DNA of 64,000 bases, taken from positions 71,796,001 to 71,860,000 of the forward strand of contig NC_043000.1 in NCBI RefSeq assembly GCF_006345805.1, in the 5' to 3' direction. A program made the translations under genes and the position numbers. This document shows positions 1 to 8,872 of the stretch, piece after piece; position 1 is the first letter of the stretch; each line of letters opens with the position of its first letter. The notes beneath the pieces were generated by a model. That model saw only the letters and a list, made by a program, of their open reading frames with translations. It ran no database searches and was not told the DNA's origin. Source of the stretch: Octopus sinensis (Eukaryota).

Positions 1-290
1 TCTACTTAACTAAAAAATTTGAAACTTCGTATACTGGTAGAATGTGTCAAAAGAAAACATTAATTTCGATTAGTTTTTTTGAGAAAATTGTATTTTGTAA
101 CTTTTACTTAGTCTAATTCTTCGAATTTTTTAACCAATCGTATTCTCTGTTTCGATCTGAAATCATTTGCTCCGTCTAAACATACTATCTACAGTGACGT
201 AGACAGCTATTTTGTGACGTAGTTAACGTAAACATCTAAACAGCGTGTGTTTTGTATAAAATTATTCGTTTGAAAAGCTTCATATCCTAA
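1..290 (+). repeat. Dispersed repeat fragment upstream of Merlin transposase; inverted diverged copy at about 17880-18170
   Basis: Reverse complement of 1-240 aligns to about 17930-18170 (e.g. TCTACTTAAC...GAAACTTCGTATACTGGTAGAATGTGTCAAAAGAAAACAT). May be the left end of the Merlin element; no TIR confirmed. Confidence 0.75.
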
Positions 291-485
291 ACAGTGCGGG
301 TATATATTGCTTGTTGCTGCTGCTTTATAAAATTTTAAACAGCGTGTGTTTTGTATAAAATTATTCGTTTGAAAAGCTTCATATCCTAAACAGCGCGGGT
401 ATATATTGCTTGTTGCTGCTGCTTCATAAAATTTTAAACAGCATGTGTTTTGTATAAAATTATTCGTTTGTAAAACAGCTAAGTT
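237..485. repeat. 99-bp tandem repeat, about 2.5 copies
   Basis: TAAACAGC(G/A)TGTGTTTTGTATAAAATTATTCG recurs at 237, 336 and 435. Subterminal tandem repeats are common in Merlin elements. Confidence 0.85.
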
Positions 486-490
486 ATTCG

Positions 491-1373
491 TTGTTTAAAA
501 TAGCTAGTCAAGGTGAATTGTTTGTTACCATTAAATCGGAGGAAGATGCCGCATCTTTCTTGGCAGCAAAGGGTATTATACCTAGCAGTAAGAAGTGTAA
601 AACAGGACACCAAATGATAAAGAAATTGGTAGCGAATAATGTTTGCTGGCGGTGTAGTCGCAAAGGCTGCAATCAGAAGTTGTCTGTCCGGAAGGGAACC
701 TGGCTTGAAGGCTGCACGCTCCCTCTGCGGACTGTAGTCCTTTTTTTGTACTCTTGGGTCAAGGAACTGACTACAAGAACTGGGGATGAGCCACTGTTCA
801 GCTGTGGATTACAACAATTATGTGCGAGAAATATGCGCGCATGACTTGCTAATGAACCCAGTTGTAATAGGTGGTCCTGGGAAGATTGTCGAGATAGACG
901 AGACAGTCTTCTCTAGGAGGAAGTTTAATCGAGGAAGGGTGTTACCTCAGCAATGGGTATTCGGTGGAGTGTGTCGTGAGACCAGAGAAGTTTTCCTTTA
1001 TGCAGTACCTTCTCGGAATCGCGACACACTCGAAGAATGCATCCGTCGCTCGATCCTCCCAGGTACCACAATATTTAGTGACCTGTGGCGCGCTTATTCA
1101 CATATTCCAGAGATCGAGGGATACAATTTTCGGCATAGAACGGTGAACCACAGCGTCGAGTTTGTTAACTCCGTTGACAACACACATACCCAATAAATAG
1201 AGAGTACTTGGGCGTGTTTAAAACGGGGTAACAAGCGTCGTTGTGGTACACATCGTTCTATGATTGACTCGTATCTCTGCGAATTCATGTGGCGGCGCAG
1301 ACACGAGAAAAGTGACCTTTGGGAGGAATTGCTGGCAAACATTAGAAATTTCTCAATCATGAATATGGACTAG
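491..1373 (+). pseudogene. Merlin (IS1016/IS1595-like) DDE transposase, disrupted
   Basis: N-terminal Cys zinc-ribbon (CWRCSRKGC), GPGKIVEIDET, WVFGG, SDLWRAY, HRTVNHS, HTQ*IESTW and YLCEFMWRRR. Frameshift from an about 17-bp deletion near 775 (relative to the copy at 19.5-20.1 kb), in-frame TAA at 1194, terminal TAG at 1371-1373. Confidence 0.9.
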
Positions 1374-1382
1374 TTTAATTTG

Positions 1383-1570
1383 AACTGGGTTCATTAGCAG
1401 GTCATGTGCGCCTATTCCTTGCACATAAGTGTTATAGGTCACAGCTGCATTGTGGCTCATCCCCAGTTCTACTAAGGTTGTGGGCAACCACAAGATATTT
1501 TTTTTGTCCAGCTTCTTCACATTCTGCTTAACAGTTTGTTTCCGCAGTGATCACTTCAAATAAGCATGCT
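1383..1570 (-). mobile_element. Inverted, internally deleted Merlin transposase fragment
   Basis: Reverse complement of 1383-1470 matches 776-863 at 75/88 nt. Upstream part translates to KQNVKKLDKKNILW, resembling HQMIKKLVANNVCW of the main copy. Confidence 0.75.
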
Positions 1571-1789
1571 CAAAAAATTGTTAATAAAAAATTGTTAATA
1601 ACAAAAAATTATTGATAAAAACATTTTAAAAGTTTTTACAACATTATGGTGTAAATCATCTTGTTGCCTCTTTCAGTTTCTTCAGAATCGGTGCTTTCCC
1701 CTTTCATTCTTTTAAATATATTTGTGTAGGAATTGCCAATTTCTTCTTCATGCCCTTACTTACAATTCTTAGTGCAGGTTTTTTCCCTG

Positions 1790-1885
1790 CTGCCGGGGTC
1801 GATAGATTAAGTACCCGTTGCTTACTGGGCACAATGTAATCGACTGGCCCACTTCCTCCAAAATTTCGGAACTTCTCCCTAGACT
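1790..1885 (+). mobile_element. SINE body/tail fragment (same family as 63590-63819)
   Basis: GGGGTCGATAGATTAAGTACC...GTAATCGAC is shared with the SINE at 63.6-63.8 kb. Confidence 0.55.
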
Positions 1886-1942
1886 ACCAAAAGAGGAAAT
1901 TAAAAATTGATTCAATCACTGTTTGTATCTTTCAATGAAACT

Positions 1943-2277
1943 TGCTTTCAAATGTATTACACACCTGTTGCATAATTGCAGCGTCTCCATGAACTCTTCT
2001 TGTGCACGTTGCATTTGCATCACAAATTGTAATATCCTGCTTGCATCTGTCTATGTACCCTGCTTTCAAATGTATTACACACCTGTTGCATAATTGCAGC
2101 ATCTCCATGAACTCTTCTTGTGCACGTTGCATTTGCATCACAAATTGTAATATTCTGCTTGCATCTGTCTATGTACCCTGCTTTCAAATGTATTACACAC
2201 CTGTTGCATAATTCCAGCATCTCCATGAACTCTTCTTGTGCACGTTGCATTTGCATCACAAATTGTAATATTCTGCA
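1943..2277. repeat. 118-bp tandem repeat, about 2.8 near-identical copies
   Basis: TGCTTTCAAATGTATTACACACCTGTTGCATAATT recurs at 1943, 2061 and 2179. Confidence 0.9.
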
Positions 2278-2956
2278 TTAAAATTGATTTACTCTTTATT
2301 TGGTTTTGTTTCTCTTTTTGTTTACATTGTGTGCATGCCTTGTTATGGTTTATGTTAGGGTTAGAGCTATGGTCTAGAATTGGCATCAGATAGCATACTA
2401 AATTGTAAATGGCCACGTTTACTGTATGCTAAACTGGCACTAGAGATTTAATGAAACAGTTTACCTATCAGGATTTAAGTCATGAAAGGGTGAGTTAGCA
2501 TTGTCAACACACTTCACATTTCTCTGTTTCTGTGGGCAATGAAATATAACACTAGATAAGGAGTGGGTCAATATAGTTGACATTATTTCCTCCTATAAAA
2601 TTTTTGGCTATGTACTTTTGTTAGAAATTCTTATTTGTATTAATATAAAGTCCGAGCAAGAGAACATCTGCAGGCTTTCCTAAACTGTTAATGTGAATGT
2701 AAACGATGTCTTTTTTCAACTTGTATAAATTAATGTCTGATGAGAATGTGATTCCATGTAGAAGCTGCCATTCTGGAGATAAATGATTGGATAAAATATT
2801 TAGTAAAAGGTTCTAGCTGTGAGACATGTTAAAGATGATGATGTGGGCTCAGTTTGATATAGTATACAGCTTACTAATTCACAGGAATAGTAGTGGGTGT
2901 TTGGGGTTTTTTCCCCATGTTTTATTTGAACAATTTGGCTGGATAAAGGGGGCTGT

Positions 2957-3141
2957 ATCCTTGCCTTTTGCATTCCTTCTGAGACAAATGGCAAGAGCTG
3001 TGCCTTCAAAACTGGTAAGATTGACGTAGTTGATCTTGAATAAAATGTGTGGATGGCTGCAGAGGAAATAACATGGACAAGGGAATTTCAGAAGGCTGGC
3101 AATCTGGTAAGAAAGAATTTAATGCTTAGTTTGCAGGTGAA

Positions 3142-3146
<5 letters not shown>
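2957..3146 (+). repeat. 190-bp segment with about 97% identical inverted copy at 15692-15881
   Basis: Alignment of the reverse complement by eye shows 5 mismatches in 190 nt. Confidence 0.85.
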
Positions 3147-3172
<26 letters not shown>

Positions 3173-3184
3173 CATACATACATA
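3143..3184. repeat. (TACA)n microsatellite
   Basis: Perfect tetranucleotide run. Confidence 0.95.
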
Positions 3185-3201
3185 AATATGTATCACCGCA
3201 C

Positions 3202-3972
3202 ATGCGCTCTCACACTCGTGAAGAAGTCAGTCGAGCGGTGCCATCTGAGCAGCTGTCAAAGGACACATCTACAACAAGCATGTCATCGTCACGGCAACAG
3301 TCGCATCACCATCATCACCACCACCACCACCATCACCGTAATCATGGTCATCACCACAACCAACACCACCACCATCACCAACAGCATCAACAACAGCAGC
3401 AGCAACATCACCAGCAGCAGCAGCAACAGCAGCAGCCACAACAGCAGCAGCAGCAGCACCATTCATCTTCTGCTAGGGAAAACCCGAATTCAAACACCTC
3501 TCATAGTTCTAATTCGTCAACAAGTGTAAGTACAACATTGTCAACTGCAGCTAATGTAGTGTCCAGTTCTACTTCTGTTGCCACTGCTGCTACTGCTGCT
3601 GGAGCTGCTACAGTAACTGTACCAGTTTACTCATCAAGCATCTCCTCCACCCCAACTATGAATGCATCATTAACTTCACACAACTCTATGTCATCCGTTC
3701 CAGCGACACCGCTACCAACACCAAGCCCATCATCTCATGCTCACTCCCGTTCAGCTGCACTTCGTTTGCAGCCCCTTGCATTGTCTTCGTCCTGGATGTC
3801 TTCGACCTGGGAATTGTGGGAATCCAATTATGGTTGGTCTCGCGGCTTCCAAGTCCCGCCAAGGTGGAGCTCGAGCTGGGCAAACTCCTCATCAAATCTG
3901 TCATGCGGGGTGAGGCAGAGCAAACAGCAAAACAATCGGTCACAAAACTGCCAGCAGGCTGGTGTCATCTAA
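3202..3972 (+). CDS. Candidate host coding exon/ORF: polyHis, polyGln, Ser/Thr/Ala-rich disordered protein segment
   Basis: 256-aa ORF whose H and Q runs use mixed CAC/CAT and CAA/CAG codons, followed by non-repetitive S/T/P-rich sequence. The in-register antisense frame has several stops. No recognisable domain and no clear splice acceptor. Confidence 0.5.
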   Translation: MRSHTREEVSRAVPSEQLSKDTSTTSMSSSRQQSHHHHHHHHHHHRNHGHHHNQHHHHHQQHQQQQQQHHQQQQQQQQPQQQQQQHHSSSARENPNSNTSHSSNSSTSVSTTLSTAANVVSSSTSVATAATAAGAATVTVPVYSSSISSTPTMNASLTSHNSMSSVPATPLPTPSPSSHAHSRSAALRLQPLALSSSWMSSTWELWESNYGWSRGFQVPPRWSSSWANSSSNLSCGVRQSKQQNNRSQNCQQAGVI

Positions 3973-4828
3973 ATTAATTCAGGAATTTAATGGTGAGTTT
4001 GAAATGATTAATTACACAGGGTGACGCCATTTAAAATGTTCATTTAAAAAAAAATAATAGATGATCAAATCAGGTCATTTTGACTTTAACAACAAGGGAG
4101 ACTCTCAACCATCTACAACCTGTGCAAAAATTTGACTATATATATATTAAAATATGTAACATGGGAGTGAGATGTAATCTCTCAACTCATCTACGAAAGC
4201 AGCAACAACCTATTTGGCCCAAACCAGTCTGGAAAGCATATATAAAATGATGATAGTGTAAATGTTTCTACAAAAAAAAAAAAAAAAATGAATATGAGCA
4301 CTCAATACATTGTATATTGTCATTCTCATGGCAACAATCTCATCATCATCATCACCATAATCTTGCTCATCACCACAATTTGAACAGTCTTAGTAAAATA
4401 ACTACTTTCTTTAATTATTAATCAGGTGTTTGGATCAACAAAATTATGAGATAAAGGTGAGAAGGTCAGTAGAGTGTCTATCTGCTTGTAACTATGTAGA
4501 CACTTAAAATAATGAGTGAAAGCATGGTATACATTACTAAGTCATACTCGCTTGCAGGCAGTCACTATGACTTTTTTTTATCAGCTCATTTATATGCAAT
4601 GAAGCATTGATGTTTCATTGTATATTTGGACATAACAAGTAATTCTTCGTCGTCAAACTGTCCAACCCATGCCAGCATGAAACATATATGTTAAATGATG
4701 ATGACTACATGATGACACTTCACGTTATTGAAACATTGGGAATAGGAACTAGATCATCTAATGATGTTAACACGTGACAGAGTGGCTTCCTCTCCATGTA
4801 GCGAGGAAGATCTTAATTGATATGTTTC

Positions 4829-5031
4829 TCCTTTTAGCATTTAAACCAGCCATATCTGGCCCAAATATTCAACCTGTTTTATGTTCAAACCGGTCAGGCC
4901 TGGCCTCTTGCACCTATCCTAGAAAGTCAATCTAAAAATAAGCAATCAGATCAATGAAACCTCAAGGCTACAGGTAATGCATGATTAATTCAAAGCAATG
5001 TGAATAAACAATCAGACTGTTAAGGAGTTAA
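4829..5031 (+). mobile_element. Degenerate piggyBac-type (TTAA) MITE
   Basis: Left end CCTTTTAGCATTTAAACCAGCC and right end AAGGAGTTAA resemble eroded TTAA-CCC...GGG-TTAA termini. Family recognised from memory only. Confidence 0.35.
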
Positions 5032-6034
5032 GATGAAACAAGAATTGAACACTGGTTTTTAACAGTGATATCAGAGATCTTTTAAATTGAATTACATCAC
5101 TTTTAATATTAAAACAAACTACTGTAACAATGTGAAACAAAATAATTGCATTCTTATTTGAACCAAAATCCATCATTCTCAGTATCATAAATAAAGGTGT
5201 GCTGCCAGTCGCACCTCAGTGCTTACATGTTTGTCTTGTCTAATAAATGGAAGATTACTGAACATAAGACACTTGGGTCACTCAGCAAAGTTTCATCTGA
5301 GCAATATATGTGAAAGTTCTGGAAATTTGTGACCTTTTTGTATTTCAAATAATGTGCAAGTCTGAGAATAATATACATTGTTGGATACAGACATACAACT
5401 AAACTTATATATTTTAGATTTTCTCAAAAAGTCTAACAATTGCTGACTAATACAACTAGCTTCTCTATTACTGCCTGTGTCTCTCCTCTCTTTTTGTTAT
5501 TCTATCTACAGATAGGTTTGTATGTGTAGTTCTTATATATACACATTCATACATTACCTCTTTTACTTGTTTCCGTTATTGAACTGTGGCCATGATGGGG
5601 CACCACCTTGAAAGGTTTAGTGAAACTAATTGCGCCCACTACATATTTTTAAGTTTGTTATTTATCAGTGTCGTTTGCTAAACCGTGAAGTTGCAAGAAC
5701 ATAAACAAAACAACACTAATTGTTAATTTGGGATAGGGTCAAACACAAAGACATTGTCTATGATGCTACTGGATCAACTAAAATATGTTACCCCCTACTA
5801 TATTATTGAATAGTTTTTCTCCTGTTTGTTATACCAACTACACCCTCACACACACAAATACATTTTTTGTAAGGTGGTTGGTGTTAAATCCAGCACAGAA
5901 ACTTATGTGGCAAAGAGAAAGTATGAACAAAATGTAGTCCTGCAACTCAGTTGGGAGTGGAAGTGGAGGTACTGACTCAGTTCTGCCCAACAGATGCCAG
6001 CATAGAAAAGTGAGGATAATGCGGATCATGAATA

Positions 6035-6080
6035 TCATCATCATCATCATCATCATCATCGTTTAATGTCCGTTTTCCAA
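6035..6080 (-). mobile_element. RTE 3'-tail fragment with (GAT)n tail
   Basis: Reverse complement TGGAAAACGGACATTAAACGATGATG matches the RTE 3' end at 11575-11618. A similar plus-strand fragment lies at about 4655-4712. Confidence 0.6.
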
Positions 6081-6249
6081 GCCTTTCAAGACATGTGTAA
6101 TTAAGAGATTCCTTATTTAAAACACAGTCTGGTGTTAATGACAGGAAAGGCATCTGGTTGTAAAAGAATACTTCAATCATTTTTTCATTTAAAACATACT
6201 TGACTTGAAAAACATGTGAATCAAACAAGACATATTCAAATACATACAT

Positions 6250-6308
6250 GTATTTGATGATATTTATATGTATATATACATATGATATATGTATATATGA
6301 TTGAAATA

Positions 6309-6346
<38 letters not shown>

Positions 6347-6560
6347 ACGTATATATATTATATATATATATATAATATATATATATATGTATGTATGTAT
6401 GTATGTATATAAATGTATGTATATATATATATGCATGTATATATATAGTTAGTTAGTTAATTTTTGGGCTCAAAAAGCAAAAATATATATAATATTTATA
6501 TATGTATAATATATGTATAATATATATGTATAATAAAATTATATATATATGATACGTATA
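6250..6560. repeat. Compound (TA)n/(TATG)n microsatellite
   Basis: Direct inspection. Confidence 0.9.
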
Positions 6561-6699
6561 TATATTTGGGCACAGGAAAAAAATGTGTTAATGTCTGGGA
6601 GATTTTTTTGGTTGTAGAAAAGGCATTTAACTTCTATTTAACTTCCGCTCGTCGTCCACAAAAAATTCTGCGTTTGCAATACTTTTTTTCGTTCGGCGT

Positions 6700-7150
6700 C
6701 AACAGCCCTTCTTATCTTGTTTTCCTTGTCCTGTCTCATACTGTTTACAATTTGCATTGTCGTTACTGTCCTGTTGTTACTATTTTTTACTCCTCTGCGA
6801 AAAGATCTCAGAATTTTAATTGATTTGCTTTTCGCAGGAAGGAAAGTTTTCTTGTCGAAGATACGTCTCGCTTTTATCCTTCGAAACGTAAAGTAGATGA
6901 AAGCTTTAGCGACCGAAGAAGGAGTTTTTCCTTGTGTTAATTGTCCTGTATTCTATTTTTTTTCTGTTTTTAAATAAATGTCCAGTTCCTTTGTTTTGTG
7001 TCTATGTTTTCGCTTCTCATTGTGTTCGACGTCTTTTTTGGTGTCCTGTACCCATATATGCGTGTATATGTACATGTAGAGGTAGGTACGTACATATATG
7101 TTTATATATATGCATATGTTTTATTTTATTTATTAATATATTATATATAT
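6700..7150 (+). repeat. Unclassified dispersed repeat; inverted homologue at about 36830-37260
   Basis: Shared blocks such as CTCATTGTGTTCGACGT(C)TTTTTTGGTGTCCTGTACC and TCTCGC(T/C)TTTA(T)CCTTCGAAA. Confidence 0.7.
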
Positions 7151-7349
7151 ATATATGTAGGCATGTAAAAAACAAAAATTGGAAAAACAACAAAATTCAA
7201 AAGGATGTACACAGCGAATATATGAGATTGATGCTCAGAGAAAGTAAGATGGAAACAAGATGGGGGTGTGACATTTCAAGCATGGTTCTTTGTCAGAAAG
7301 GAAAGCGGAAAATGACTGGAGAGAAGGAAAAGGATAGTCCGAGAAAAGC

Positions 7350-7383
<34 letters not shown>

Positions 7384-8041
7384 AATTATTTTCTTGTTAA
7401 TTAATGATTCCTATTTAAGAAACACACAAAAGCCGTTCGATTCACTTCAACATTTAAGTTTAATTTGTCAAAATATTACATGTCTTAAAAAAGAAACAAA
7501 AATCTCATTGTTTTGGGCGAATGATTCAACCATTATGAAACCAAAGATTTTTTACCGTTGTCTCTGAAGGCAGCTGTGCACCTCACCAACCCACCCATCC
7601 CACTTTACATGGCACATTCACTTGCATTCTTTTATTTATTCTGATCTCCCACCCAAAGAATATTTATCCTAATAATTTCCATGACTTTTGTTTCGGGTGA
7701 ACTTCTACTTAGAAGGAAATTCCATTTATGCATGTATGCATACATTTACACCGAGAAAAGTAATTTAACATTGTCTTTACATTTGAATGTTTATCATTAA
7801 AAAATGTTTTGAAACCTAGAATTGTTTCTTCTTTTATTAATTTCAGTCAGTGTGCTATGACCATGCTCAGGCACTGTCTTTGGGTGTCTTTCATTGACCC
7901 TATCAATATTAGAGCTAATTGCAAACATAGGCAGGGTCCCATTTTAATGATGCCTGTTCATTGGACGTAACCTTTGATAGCCTAGTATACTAGAGCAGTA
8001 AACATGTAAATGAACACACACACATACACACAAACACATCT

Positions 8042-8196
8042 TGCGGGCTTCTTCATAGAATCATTCTCCCAATTTTACTCACATGACATTGATCAACCTA
8101 AGACTACAGTAGAAGACACTTACCCAATATACCACACAGCAGAATTGAACCCAGAGACCCATGGGTGTGAAGCAAATTTTTCAACCACAAAGCTAT
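8042..8196 (-). mobile_element. Degenerate tRNA-derived SINE 5' part (family of 26098-26465 and 47497-47660)
   Basis: Reverse complement contains TTGGGTAAGTGTCTTCTACTGTAGTCTTAGG...GAAGCCCGC. Confidence 0.5.
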
Positions 8197-8479
8197 CCTT
8201 TATATATATTTTTATCAAAATTCTTTTGTTTAAAAGAAAAAGATCAAAGCCTTTTAATTTTTTCTTCTTTAATATGAAAATGTCCTGTGTAAGTTATCTG
8301 GTGTTAATATTGACTGGGGTTGGAAGTTTCTGGTACAAGAAAATTGAAGGGGATAAGTTCAGCTAGGAATATTATCTTTGTCACATATTCTACTGGAACT
8401 TGTAAATTATAACATGTTTCATGTACTAACAAAATTTGTAAATAATTTCAATATTCATTTCATCCAGTATTGTTTAAAG

Positions 8480-8530
8480 CAGTGATTCCCAATGTGGTCC
8501 CTGGAAGCCACCAGTGGTCCCCAGAGAATT
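8480..8530 (+). mobile_element. hAT (Buster-type) terminal inverted repeat
   Basis: CAGTGATTCCCAA preceded by the 8-bp flank GTTTAAAG with central TA (Buster NNNTANNN target). Partner end not found. Confidence 0.55.
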
Positions 8531-8872
8531 CGTAGCCGTAAAAAATTGAAGCCATTTCAGATCTACACAATATTGTTCGATAATAAAGACACTGTTAGTT
8601 AATAATAATTTATATGAAGACAGAATAATAATAAGAAAACAAAATTAAATAATTATTCCATAAGAATCAATAATGTATAATATATAATCAATAATATATT
8701 ACAATCAAGAATTACATAATTTAAATTTTATAATCACAACAGTTTCATAATAAATTTGATATTTTTAATAGATCACTACATAATATTGTTTAATAATAAA
8801 TTTGATACTTTAAATTTATAGAAATAAAATATTTATTATTTTTATTTTTTTTAAGATCAGTTGTAATAATAG

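Noticed and set aside
237-2277. Tandem repeats as possible CRISPR-like arrays
   Set aside because: Units are contiguous with no unique spacers, no cas genes are present, and the context is eukaryotic.
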